A stretch of 64,000 nucleotides of DNA, from positions 5,803 to 69,802 of the forward strand of contig PAPS01000033.1 in assembly GCA_002708985.1 (NCBI GenBank). The letters are read 5' to 3'. This document shows, one piece after another, positions 1-9,156 of this stretch (the stretch's first letter is position 1; the number at the start of each line of letters is the position of its first letter). The notes below the pieces were generated by a model. It searched no databases. It saw only the letters and a list, made by a program, of their open reading frames with translations, and was not told where the DNA came from. Source of the stretch: Saprospirales bacterium (GTDB lineage: Bacteria; Bacteroidota; Bacteroidia; Chitinophagales; UBA8649). A program made the translations under genes and the position numbers.

Positions 1-187
1 CTAGGCTTACCTGAGCATCACTCAAATCAAGCATAATTATCTCAATAGGTATGTTTGGATCCGGAATAGTCTCCTGGTCGTTGGCCAATAAAAATGCAGG
101 GCAAAAAGAAAGTAGAAAAATCAGACTACCTTGTGTGAAAGATGCGAAGTGCCTCAACTTCGCAGTCAAAAAATTTGTTTGGCTCAT
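1..187 (-). CDS. 5' part of a secreted protein running off the left edge (not in the ORF track)
   Basis: Minus-strand frame is open from ATG 187 to base 1: MSQTNFLTAKLRHFASFTQGSLIFLLSFCPAFLLANDQETIPDPNIPIEIIMLDLSDAQVSL. Signal-peptide-like hydrophobic core. Alternative TTG start at 157. Confidence 0.6.
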   Translation of the reverse strand, partial: MSQTNFLTAKLRHFASFTQGSLIFLLSFCPAFLLANDQETIPDPNIPIEIIMLDLSDAQVSL

Positions 188-2369
188 GATAAGACAAGAT
201 AGAAAAAGCCCTACGTTTATTTTTTATGCCTGGCTACTCTTGTGCACGATATGCAGTGCAACGGCTCAAGTGCATCTGTATCCCTACACCTTGCCGACGG
301 TTTCTAATGCGGAGGTATTGAGCAATCCATGGACAGGGGGATTTGACTTGCCTCAGTGGTCGATGGGTGACCTAAATCAAGATGGAGTCGACGAACTTGC
401 TGTTTTCGATCGAGCGGGTGATTTCTGGTTAATTTTTTCGTGGGAAAATGGTACATGGGTTTCTAGGCCGGAGTTGGCCTTAAAAATGCCAGCGTGTCGG
501 TCTTTCGCTCTGTTACGAGACTATAACGGAGATGGAATAGCGGATATTTTTACTCAAACTACTGGGGGAATTCGTCTATATCGAGGATCGAATGAGGGGC
601 TTTATACTTCCTTTTCTGTCGAATCCAATCTCATAGAGTACAATACTGGATTTGGTAATTCAAACATCTATAATCGAAGCATTGATATCCCTCATATAGG
701 AGATATGGACGGTGATGGTGATCTGGATATCTTATCCTTTGAAGTAATAGGAACGACTTTGCCTCTGTATAAAAATTTAAGTGCTGAACTAGGCTACGCT
801 AGGGATAGTTTGCTATTTATTCAGGAAGATCCCTGTTGGGGTGATTTCAAAGAAAGCGAGACAGATAATAATATTCAGTTGGCCTTTTCTTGTGATGGCA
901 AACGTGCCGGTCCAAAGCATGCTGGGTCTACTGAATTAGTCTTTGATGGCGATGGCGATGGTGATTTCGATTTAGTGCTAGGAGATATCTCATCTCGTGG
1001 ATTGTCCTACTTAGAAAACATTGGTGGCGGAGTGGATAGTATGATTCGTGTTGATTACACGTTTCCGTCGAATAGCCTGTCAGTTGATATGCCGATTTTT
1101 CCTGCGGCCTATGCCATTGATGTTGATATGAACGGCGTGCAGGATCTTGTGGTCTCACCCAATGGAAACTCTAGGTATTTCAATCTGAACAATGCTTGGC
1201 TATATCGTTTCGATGAAAATACAACGCCGAATTTTGTATTTGATCGGCAGGATTTTCTAATAGAAACTACCCTCGATTTAGGAAGCGATAGTTATGGGGT
1301 TTTCTATGATGTTGATGAAGATGGATTGCAAGATTTACTCTTGTCCGGATCGTCAATTTATCGTGCTGTGGGGGATGATTCAAATGGTCAAATTGCCTAT
1401 TACAGAAACACAGGAAATGCGACAACGCCCGCATTTAATCTAGAATCTGATGATTGGCTCGGACTTTCATTTCTGGGCTATTTCCGCTATCGCCCATGTT
1501 TTGGCGATATTGATAATGATGGATTTGATGACATGCTTTTGGGTAACAGCGAAGGGCGGTTGATCCATTTTGAACGCAATGCAACAGGAAGTTTTGTATT
1601 TGACACGACGTTTTATTGTGGGATAGATGTCGGTAATGCGGCACATCCAACCTTGTTTGATGTAGATGATGATGGGGATCTCGATCTTGTGATTGGCAAA
1701 GAATATCTTGGTAGTATTAATTACTATCCAAACCTAAATCCTGCTGATATGACTCCATTTCAGCCCGATTCTTTAAATGGTTTTTTTGGGGGTATTAGTG
1801 TTTCAGAGGGTGGATTTATAATCGGCAATGCTGTTCCTCATTTTATAGAAAGCAATGAAGAGGTTTTGTTGTTAGTTGGAGGTAGTTCGGGAAAGACAGC
1901 TGCTTATGTGCTTGATTCGGATAGTTTGCTTTCAGGAAGCTTTAGCGTAGCGTCAACAAAATGGGGCGGAATCGATGTTGGGACAGAGGCGGCGCCTTTC
2001 ACTAGTGACATTAATAATGATGGTTCAATCGATGTTCTTTATGGGAATCGTCGCGGAGGGTTGAATTTATTTTCAGAAGTTATAACAGATTCTTCCCAAA
2101 TTTTGGGTCTATCGACAGTAAACACAGATAATAAATTAGCTCTTTTCCCTAATCCTGTGCGGTCTCAATTGACAATTTCAGGGCTTCCAAAGGAGGAGGT
2201 AGAGCTTAAAATTATTGATTTGCAAGGAAGGGTTATTGAAGTATATATTGTTCAATCTAACGATGGTCAAGTTACATTGGACCTAACTTTCATTGAGAAG
2301 GGAATGTATTTAGGGGTGCTATCAAATAGAAATTTTGCCCAAGTAACGAGCATTTTTTCCAAGTTTTAA
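186..2369 (+). CDS. FG-GAP/VCBS-repeat beta-propeller protein with T9SS C-terminal sorting domain
   Basis: Many DxDxDGxxD repeats (GDLNQDGVDEL, DYNGDGIADI, DMDGDGDLDI, DVDEDGLQDL, DIDNDGFDDM, DVDDDGDLDL). C-terminal LFPNPV...KGMYL CTD. Start moved from 51 to ATG 186, which precedes the signal peptide. Confidence 0.85.
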   Translation: MIRQDRKSPTFIFYAWLLLCTICSATAQVHLYPYTLPTVSNAEVLSNPWTGGFDLPQWSMGDLNQDGVDELAVFDRAGDFWLIFSWENGTWVSRPELALKMPACRSFALLRDYNGDGIADIFTQTTGGIRLYRGSNEGLYTSFSVESNLIEYNTGFGNSNIYNRSIDIPHIGDMDGDGDLDILSFEVIGTTLPLYKNLSAELGYARDSLLFIQEDPCWGDFKESETDNNIQLAFSCDGKRAGPKHAGSTELVFDGDGDGDFDLVLGDISSRGLSYLENIGGGVDSMIRVDYTFPSNSLSVDMPIFPAAYAIDVDMNGVQDLVVSPNGNSRYFNLNNAWLYRFDENTTPNFVFDRQDFLIETTLDLGSDSYGVFYDVDEDGLQDLLLSGSSIYRAVGDDSNGQIAYYRNTGNATTPAFNLESDDWLGLSFLGYFRYRPCFGDIDNDGFDDMLLGNSEGRLIHFERNATGSFVFDTTFYCGIDVGNAAHPTLFDVDDDGDLDLVIGKEYLGSINYYPNLNPADMTPFQPDSLNGFFGGISVSEGGFIIGNAVPHFIESNEEVLLLVGGSSGKTAAYVLDSDSLLSGSFSVASTKWGGIDVGTEAAPFTSDINNDGSIDVLYGNRRGGLNLFSEVITDSSQILGLSTVNTDNKLALFPNPVRSQLTISGLPKEEVELKIIDLQGRVIEVYIVQSNDGQVTLDLTFIEKGMYLGVLSNRNFAQVTSIFSKF

Positions 2370-2419
2370 ATTTTACTAAACTCAAACAAATAGTCGGTTA
2401 AAACATTAGCTTCATTTAT

Positions 2420-2427
2420 TATTTTTG
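2420..2427 (+). promoter_or_regulatory. Bacteroidota sigma-A -7 element (TATTTTTG)
   Basis: Exact TAnnTTTG 14 nt upstream of ATG 2442. Confidence 0.55.
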
Positions 2428-2441
2428 AGAAAATTTATATA

Positions 2442-2789
2442 ATGAAAAATATTCTTTCCTTGGGATTTACCCTTTTTCTTGCAGTAACAGTTTTTGCTGC
2501 AGGAGGTACCGAAACGCTAACACTAAAGACCTCTGCAGTATGCGGTGGGTGTAAAGTACGTATTGAGTCTGCGGTTAAAGAATTACCAGGTATTAAAACG
2601 GCAACAGTTGACCTTACCAATGGTTCTTTAACAGTGGAATACAGAGAAAGAAAAATCTCTGCTGATGATATAAAGCTTGCTGTTTCTATGGCAGGATATA
2701 GCGCCAATGAAGTAGCTGCTAATCCTGAGAGCTATGAGGCACTACCCGCATGCTGTAAAGGAAGCAAAAAGAGTTGCGGTTCGAAGTAA
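2442..2789 (+). CDS. Exported heavy-metal-associated (HMA) domain protein
   Basis: Signal peptide, SAVCGGCKVRIE metal-binding motif, C-terminal YEALPACC tail. Confidence 0.85.
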   Translation: MKNILSLGFTLFLAVTVFAAGGTETLTLKTSAVCGGCKVRIESAVKELPGIKTATVDLTNGSLTVEYRERKISADDIKLAVSMAGYSANEVAANPESYEALPACCKGSKKSCGSK

Positions 2790-2806
2790 AGAACGTGCTC
2801 ACATAT

Positions 2807-2839
2807 AAAAGCCCATCCAACTGGATGGGCTTTTTTTTT
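2807..2839. terminator. Bidirectional intrinsic terminator
   Basis: AAAAGCCCATCC-AACT-GGATGGGCTTTTTTTTT between the convergent HMA and hsp20 genes. Confidence 0.9.
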
Positions 2840-2868
2840 GAAACAAATAATCTAGAATAAATGCGGTA

Positions 2869-3300
2869 TTAGCTGGCAATTGGGATTTTTTTCCGCTCTA
2901 CTTTTTTCACCTTGACTTTAGGTAAGGTAATAGTGAGAAGGCCATGGTTCATTTGGGCTTTTACCTCGCCAAGATCAATATCTTTATTAAGCTTGAAACG
3001 TTTAGTAAAAGATGTGGCAAATCTGTTTCCCTCCTTCTCCTCTTGGTCATCTTTCTCGTATTGAACAACTAATACGCCTTCCTCTAACGCAAGGGATATT
3101 GATTTGTTATTCAATCCTGGAAGAGCAATTCGAATGTACCATGCATTCTCTTCTTCATCAATTTGGCTATGAATGGAATCTTCTGTGCGAATGCCATTTT
3201 GTAACAGAATGTTGGGTGAAAAGAAATCGTCGAAAAACAACCTCTTAAATTGCCTGAACTCAGCATTTGGTTGATAGGGTTTTGTGTGTGTTAAAAACAT
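2869..3300 (-). CDS. Small heat-shock protein (Hsp20/alpha-crystallin)
   Basis: IALPGL, SFTKRFKL, AQMNHGLLTITLPK and C-terminal IPI motif. Confidence 0.9.
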   Translation of the reverse strand: MFLTHTKPYQPNAEFRQFKRLFFDDFFSPNILLQNGIRTEDSIHSQIDEEENAWYIRIALPGLNNKSISLALEEGVLVVQYEKDDQEEKEGNRFATSFTKRFKLNKDIDLGEVKAQMNHGLLTITLPKVKVKKVERKKIPIAS

Positions 3301-3341
3301 AAATTTTTGATTTAATGATTATGAAATATGCAATGCACAGG

Positions 3342-3357
3342 GCAAAGTATGTTCCAA
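3342..3357 (-). promoter_or_regulatory. Putative sigma54 -24/-12 promoter of hsp20
   Basis: Minus strand TTGGAACATACTTTGC = GG-N10-GC, about 40 nt upstream of the hsp20 start. Confidence 0.6.
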
Positions 3358-3369
3358 TACACTAAGGCG

Positions 3370-3445
3370 CGACAAAATGCTAGGAATCGAATCATATATA
3401 TGACAAAAAGTCAGTTTGTTTAATCAATATATGACAAAAAGACAG
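3370..3445. repeat. Three phased direct repeats (putative activator sites)
   Basis: ATATATGACAAAAAGTCAG (3396-3414) and ATATATGACAAAAAGACAG (3427-3445) are 18/19 identical. The GACAAAA core occurs at 3371, 3402 and 3433, an exact 31-bp period. Confidence 0.8.
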
Positions 3446-3463
3446 CTATTTCTTTAAACTAGA

Positions 3464-5830
3464 TTAAAATGGATAGCCTATTGCGAGGTTAAACACTAGA
3501 TTTTGTTGTCGCCAGGCACGATCGCGCCATTGATAGGTTCCAACACGCCAGCGCTCTCCTTGGTCATATCGCGGGTCATGAACCGGAAGCCCTACATCAA
3601 GACGGATTACAAAATATTCAAAGTCGAGACGAAGACCACCTCCCCATCCCATGGCTATGCCTCGGTAGAAGTCTTTGTTAAATTGGCCCCCTGGACGAGC
3701 CTCATCTCTATTATATAACCACACATTACCTAAATCATAAAAAAGAGCCCATTTGATCCATGAATTCATTGACCAACGTAATTCGATGTTGGCTTCTAGT
3801 TTTACATCTCCCGATTGATCAAAGAAGTAGGTTGGATCTGTCAGTGTAAGTGAGTCACTGTAAGTTCCTGGCCCAATAGATCGCAGCTTAAAGGCACGAA
3901 TACTATTCGCTCCACCAACATAAAATTGACTGATAAATGGGATAATGGAGCTGTTTCCAAAAGGTATACCAACACCAATCATGGCTCTTGAGGCTAGTTG
4001 TGCTTTGGTTCTGCCAATCCCTCTAGCATATTTTCCTTCGACTTCAAAACGCAAGTATTGTGCATAGGGACGGCCAAAAATGGTATAATCTCCACGCTCT
4101 CTTTTTCCTTGAAGGATTTTTGTGAAGCCGCTTACAAGATTCCCTGCCATCTGCGCGTCAAATCGAAAACTTTCTATGTTGAGCTTGTTGTTTCGGGGTA
4201 TGCCTGTCCAAAGGAAAGTGTAGTTCGACCCTGCGATAAGAGATTCCTGGAAACTTCTAGCTAACGAAGGAAATTGAAGGAGTTTGTCTTCAAATTCTCT
4301 AGTTCTAAATGCATCAGGCAGATAAAACACATTCAATTGAATAGGTCTTAGAGTATGTAGTATTTTCTTATTCTTATTCCATTCATAAGCAACAGATGCA
4401 CTGATTGTGTGCAGTCGATAAAATCGGAATCGTTGTTCAAATTTGTAGCGAGTTGAGAAAGTAGTACGTATCCTAGTACTGCGCTTAAGTGGCCTAATAG
4501 CAAAGGGTAAAATAGCTTTAGGAAAGGCTTCGCTTATATCGATGACAAAATCAGCGTTATTCAATGCGCCATCAATTCGGCCAAATTCTGCATCCACACC
4601 CGCTATATTTTTTATTTGAAATATGTCGGCAAGCCTAAAGAGGTTTCGATTGGTATATCCCAAACTTGTGGATACCCCTGATAAGCCGGGCTCTATCCTA
4701 TGATTGATCTCAATATCTAAGTCGAGCGATTGGTGTTTCCCCTCGGTAAGGTACACTCGGCCAATTAGGTTGTGCTTTGCGGTATCAAGTGCATTAAACT
4801 TTAAATCGATAAAGCGAAATGTTCCATAAGATGCAAATCGTTGAACTGTTGGCTCATATAAAGATGCTTTAAACCGATCACCGGCCTCATAAAATACTGC
4901 TTGTCGAAGGAGCACGGGTCGATAACGGAGCTTGCCATTCCAAAAAATGGAAAGTCCTTCGTAGTTTCTCTGGTGGCTTACCGCGGTATCACTATGTTGT
5001 ACTCGATAATCTGGGTAGACCTCTATTGAATCAACCGTCCATATCGCATGTCCTTCACCATTGACCTGGTTGGTAATTTGCAACTCAAGATTGATGGAAG
5101 AAACATCGCTGAAGCTGTCTAGTGAAAAGCGAATGTAATCCGGGCTGAAGGCGTAAAATCCTTCATCGCGAAAAATGCTGGACAATCGCCTTCTTTCTTG
5201 GTCTAATTCATCGATACTGAACCTTGCTCCGGGTAAAACTTTAGAGTCTTTCTGATGTCTTCGAATAATAGAGTCTAGTATGGGATTATTTGCAATGATT
5301 GATACATTGCCAATGTAGTAGGGGTCATTAGGCTCAAGGATATAGGTCACTTTTGCGCGTTTGCCCATGGTGTCTGTCTCAACCTTAATGGAGTTGTCCA
5401 AAAATCCTGCATTATACATATACTGCCGAAAAGCCAATGACGTCCTTTCAGTGAGCGTTGGGTCAAGAATGACCGGCGCTTCTCCAATAGACCGCTTTAT
5501 CCAAGAACGTAAGCTTTTGCCTTGAATTTCTGTGCCATCTCCTCGTACTTCTCGTTGAAACCAAGCGCGTAGGGCCCATATACCAAGCAGGCGTCGGTTG
5601 GGTTGCTGAAAGGGAATATCGCTTAACAACTCTTGTTGGGGTATGCCTTCGTTAAGACCTTTATTTTCTTCTACGACGATCTTGTTTTTCCAAACTAGAT
5701 ACTCTCCTTGGTCGAGACTTCTTCTCACAGAACAGGACGAAAATGCTGCGGCTATTGCAATAGCCAAGGGTAAAATATGCAACACCCTCCATGTAAACTT
5801 TTTATTTCGTCTTACTTTAGAACTTGTCAT
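3464..5830 (-). CDS. tamL: Omp85-family TamL/TamA lipoprotein (POTRA + beta-barrel)
   Basis: Lipobox AFSSC, YVGGANSIRAF loop-6 motif, C-terminal NLAIGYPF. Start uncertain (5836, 5830 or an internal GTG/TTG). Confidence 0.8.
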   Translation of the reverse strand: MTSSKVRRNKKFTWRVLHILPLAIAIAAAFSSCSVRRSLDQGEYLVWKNKIVVEENKGLNEGIPQQELLSDIPFQQPNRRLLGIWALRAWFQREVRGDGTEIQGKSLRSWIKRSIGEAPVILDPTLTERTSLAFRQYMYNAGFLDNSIKVETDTMGKRAKVTYILEPNDPYYIGNVSIIANNPILDSIIRRHQKDSKVLPGARFSIDELDQERRRLSSIFRDEGFYAFSPDYIRFSLDSFSDVSSINLELQITNQVNGEGHAIWTVDSIEVYPDYRVQHSDTAVSHQRNYEGLSIFWNGKLRYRPVLLRQAVFYEAGDRFKASLYEPTVQRFASYGTFRFIDLKFNALDTAKHNLIGRVYLTEGKHQSLDLDIEINHRIEPGLSGVSTSLGYTNRNLFRLADIFQIKNIAGVDAEFGRIDGALNNADFVIDISEAFPKAILPFAIRPLKRSTRIRTTFSTRYKFEQRFRFYRLHTISASVAYEWNKNKKILHTLRPIQLNVFYLPDAFRTREFEDKLLQFPSLARSFQESLIAGSNYTFLWTGIPRNNKLNIESFRFDAQMAGNLVSGFTKILQGKRERGDYTIFGRPYAQYLRFEVEGKYARGIGRTKAQLASRAMIGVGIPFGNSSIIPFISQFYVGGANSIRAFKLRSIGPGTYSDSLTLTDPTYFFDQSGDVKLEANIELRWSMNSWIKWALFYDLGNVWLYNRDEARPGGQFNKDFYRGIAMGWGGGLRLDFEYFVIRLDVGLPVHDPRYDQGERWRVGTYQWRDRAWRQQNLVFNLAIGYPF

Positions 5831-6626
5831 GTCCACTTTAAGCCTTTCTCAAGTCAAACAAATTCGTGCGCTTCACTCAAAGAAGTACCGGGATAAACAT
5901 AACGCTTTCCTTGTTGAAGGGCGTAAGTCTATAGAAGAATTTGTTAAGGAAGGTTGGTGCTGTTTGCAATATGTTGTACAAGATTCTACTCAACCTATTG
6001 ATGGTCTCGATCAAGAAATATACATCACCGACTGTAAAACGATGAAGTCCATTTCTGTATTATCGTCCGCTTCCAATCATCTCGCAGTTTTTCAGCGTAA
6101 ATACAGTGAAATGAATACCGCTCTAAGGATATGGGTAGCACTTGATCAATTGCAAGATCCAGGAAATCTAGGAACGATTATTCGAACGATGGATTGGTTT
6201 GGGTGTCATCATCTAGTACTTAGTGAAGGATGTGTGGATGTGTTTAATCCTAAGGTAGTTCAAGCGAGTATGGGTTCCCTTAGTCGTGTTTCGGTTCATC
6301 AAATAGCCCGCGAAGAATGGAAGGATTTGTTTGATAATCGCCATATTTTATTTGCTGACCTTGAGGGACTTTCATTTACCAGTCCTGAGCTCACTAATCA
6401 TCTCATTACTCCAATGGGCTTGCATCCGCTGGTTCTTGTAATGGGTAATGAGGGTAATGGGATTCATCCTTCTACTCGTGCATTGGTTGATTATACCTCG
6501 ATTACTATTCCTCGTGGTGTATCCGTCAAGTCAAATGTGGAATCACTGAATGCCGCTATGGCGACGGGAATAATGCTCGCTCATTTTAGTTCGATGCGAG
6601 ATTCAGGAAAGGCCAATAGCCACTGA
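5829..6626 (+). CDS. TrmH/SpoU-family RNA methyltransferase
   Basis: DPGNLGTIIRT, NPKVVQASMG, MGNEGNG, VESLNAAMA. Start refined to ATG 5829 (MSTLSLSQVKQI). Confidence 0.9.
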   Translation: MSTLSLSQVKQIRALHSKKYRDKHNAFLVEGRKSIEEFVKEGWCCLQYVVQDSTQPIDGLDQEIYITDCKTMKSISVLSSASNHLAVFQRKYSEMNTALRIWVALDQLQDPGNLGTIIRTMDWFGCHHLVLSEGCVDVFNPKVVQASMGSLSRVSVHQIAREEWKDLFDNRHILFADLEGLSFTSPELTNHLITPMGLHPLVLVMGNEGNGIHPSTRALVDYTSITIPRGVSVKSNVESLNAAMATGIMLAHFSSMRDSGKANSH

Positions 6627-7801
6627 TTCCAGAAATCTGGAAACGATTTTTTTACACATTGAGAATCGTTGAGAGTTAGTGCTGATCGCATGGAGAGCTG
6701 AGCAAAGGCCATGGCGATTCTGTGGTCATTAAATGTGTCAATACTTACTTTACGCGGAAATATAAACCTTCTGGCATCGAAGTGAAGTTTTGAGTCACTT
6801 GAGGTCAGTGATACGCCAAACTTTTCAAGATTTACTCGAAGGGCTTCTACACGATTTGATTCTTTATGAAACAGGGTATTGACTCCTCTTATTGAACCTT
6901 GGCACTTAAAGGCAGATAACAAGACAACAAGATTCATGATTTGATCTGGGTAATAAAGCATATCGATTACCCCATTTGTCGTCGACTGAAAATCACTTAG
7001 ATCTATTCTTAAGCCTGCAGCAGTGAATTCATACTGTAATCCCATGGCATGGTATACCTTTAAAAGCTTGCGATCACCCTGGATATCATCTCTTTTGAGT
7101 CCACTTATTGACAGTGCGCTTTTTGTCAAGAGTGCCCCTCCAAGAAATGCATACACGCTACTCCAATCATACTCCACTTGTATTTTTTGTGGCGTTAAAT
7201 CTTGTTGGGCAATGGATAACTGGTTCCGACCTACGTTCACACATAAGCCAAGTTGATGCATTAAGTCGATGGTAAGAGATACATAAGGTTTTGATACCAT
7301 TTGGCCTTCGGTAAATCGAAGATTGATTCCTTCTTTTATGGACGACCCAAGAAGTAACAATGCGGTAATAAACTGGCTGCTTGTATTGACGTCAATGTGC
7401 TGCGTAAGACCAGCTGTCTTGGTCTCTTGATAGTCTCGTCCTGTAATTCGATAACCCTGACCATTTTTACTGCTGAATTCTTCTATGTCAGCACCCAGTG
7501 CGCGTAGTGCATTCCAGAGCGTATGATGGGGTCTTTGCAAAAGCCTTGATTCCGCGTAGATTTCGGTAGTTATTGGTAGACTTGAAAAATAGGTCATAGC
7601 AAATCGGAGACTCGTCCCACCTTGCCCCACGTAACGATTTTCCTGTTGCTCATTGAGCACCTTGTTCAAATAGAGTGTATCCTCTGCATCGGATAAATTC
7701 GAAAGTTCTAGTGGGCCTCCATGGAGTTTATTGAGCAAAAGCAATCGGTTACTTATGCTCTTAGAAGAGGGTAGCGTAACGGATTTGTAGGTTTTAGACA
7801 T
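6581..7801 (-). CDS. aroA: 3-phosphoshikimate 1-carboxyvinyltransferase
   Basis: LPSSKSISNR, SSQFITALL, HKESNR, NDHRIAMAF, KKSFPDFW. Confidence 0.92.
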   Translation of the reverse strand: MSKTYKSVTLPSSKSISNRLLLLNKLHGGPLELSNLSDAEDTLYLNKVLNEQQENRYVGQGGTSLRFAMTYFSSLPITTEIYAESRLLQRPHHTLWNALRALGADIEEFSSKNGQGYRITGRDYQETKTAGLTQHIDVNTSSQFITALLLLGSSIKEGINLRFTEGQMVSKPYVSLTIDLMHQLGLCVNVGRNQLSIAQQDLTPQKIQVEYDWSSVYAFLGGALLTKSALSISGLKRDDIQGDRKLLKVYHAMGLQYEFTAAGLRIDLSDFQSTTNGVIDMLYYPDQIMNLVVLLSAFKCQGSIRGVNTLFHKESNRVEALRVNLEKFGVSLTSSDSKLHFDARRFIFPRKVSIDTFNDHRIAMAFAQLSMRSALTLNDSQCVKKSFPDFWNQWLLAFPESRIELK

Positions 7802-8840
7802 CCTCCCATATTTTTTTGATCTGTCCTACCTCATATTCTACATCAAAATGTGCTTCAGCAATTTCACTTAAGACAACGCCTAAGATTTTTTGTGCCCTAT
7901 TCTTTTTATCATCTCTCATGTGATGCATTAGCTCCTCAAAGGCAAAATGAGGAATAGGGGGGAAACCACTTTGTAAAAAATCAACAGCATCTTCTATGCC
8001 AGCGACGGTTTGCTTGTAATGCAGTGCGCTATAGGCTAACTCAAGTTGAATACCCCAAGCGATCGCACAGCCATGGCTGATTGGGTTACTCTCCGCCAAA
8101 AAATACGATTCAATGGCATGACCAAAAGTGTGACCAAAGTTTAAGCATCTTCTTAATCCATTATCCATCATATCCTTCTTGACAAAGTGGTGTTTTATAT
8201 TGACACTATCGAGCACAACCTTTCCTAAAGGCGGAGTTGCCAGATCATAGGATAAAACATCTTGAATATGTTCTTCAGAGTGGATGAGACCGTGCTTTAT
8301 CATTTCGACTTTTCCGTCGCGTACTTGATCAGGTTGCAATGTCTCTAAGAATGAAGGGTCAAAGCATACAGCTTTTGGATCGGCAAAAATGCCTATTCCA
8401 TTTTTTATGGATGCGAAATCTATTCCTGTTTTTCCTCCGATGGTTGCGTCAACAGCACCGAGCAGTGTCGTAGGTACATGAATGAATGGGCAGCCGCGTT
8501 TAAAGACTGAAGCAGCAAATCCTCCGAGATCAGTTATCTGTCCTCCCCCAAGATTGATGAATAAACTATCCCTTCCATATTTTTGACCAGCGAGTTGTTG
8601 CCAGATGTACTGACAGCTTGCAAGCGACTTATGTTCGGGGCCCTCAGGAAGCTCTACAACAAGATGTGAAAAGGGTATGTCAAGTTTCGGCAAGCAATGT
8701 TTATTGGTGTTTTCATCCACAACGATAACAAGGTTCATATCTTCCGTTAGGTATTCTGACAACATAGTATTTATATCGCCAATCCTGTAAGAATAGGTGG
8801 AGGCAATTCCTTGTATCTGTAAAGACGATGATTCACTCAT
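7794..8840 (-). CDS. aroB: 3-dehydroquinate synthase
   Basis: GGGQITDLGGF, PTTLLGAVDATIGGKTG, NFGHTFGHAIE. Confidence 0.95.
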   Translation of the reverse strand: MSESSSLQIQGIASTYSYRIGDINTMLSEYLTEDMNLVIVVDENTNKHCLPKLDIPFSHLVVELPEGPEHKSLASCQYIWQQLAGQKYGRDSLFINLGGGQITDLGGFAASVFKRGCPFIHVPTTLLGAVDATIGGKTGIDFASIKNGIGIFADPKAVCFDPSFLETLQPDQVRDGKVEMIKHGLIHSEEHIQDVLSYDLATPPLGKVVLDSVNIKHHFVKKDMMDNGLRRCLNFGHTFGHAIESYFLAESNPISHGCAIAWGIQLELAYSALHYKQTVAGIEDAVDFLQSGFPPIPHFAFEELMHHMRDDKKNRAQKILGVVLSEIAEAHFDVEYEVGQIKKIWEDV

Positions 8841-9148
8841 GCGGGCTGGTTTTCAAGCGTCTCTTGTGAATGAGTAGTCCAGGCTTTTGGTTTGTCGGTA
8901 AAGTGTTGTTTGACCTCTTTCCATGTGGATTGAAACCATTCACTTTGTCGATAGGCCTCTAGATCTCTTTCTGATTTCCAGTTAGACACCGTAAAACACA
9001 ACCCTTTGTTTGTACTATCTAAATAGAGATCCACAGTAAGACAACCTTCATAGGATAGGATTTGTTGCTTTTTCTTTTCGAAGCTCTCAAGGAATGTATC
9101 AAGATAATCCTCGGATAAACTCAGTTTAACCAGTCGTGTAATCTTCAT
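8837..9148 (-). CDS. ABM-family (antibiotic biosynthesis monooxygenase-like) protein
   Basis: ITRLVKL, GCLTVDL, SNWKSERDLEAYRQS. Typical ~100-aa ABM pattern. Confidence 0.8.
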   Translation of the reverse strand: MKITRLVKLSLSEDYLDTFLESFEKKKQQILSYEGCLTVDLYLDSTNKGLCFTVSNWKSERDLEAYRQSEWFQSTWKEVKQHFTDKPKAWTTHSQETLENQPA

Positions 9149-9156
9149 GGGAGATC

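Noticed and set aside
51-185. N-terminal 45 aa of the 772-aa ORF
   Set aside because: It precedes the signal peptide and overlaps a better minus-strand CDS, so ATG 186 is preferred.
5643-5828. N-terminal extension of the TrmH ORF
   Set aside because: It is antisense to the TamL signal-peptide region, and family similarity starts at 5829.
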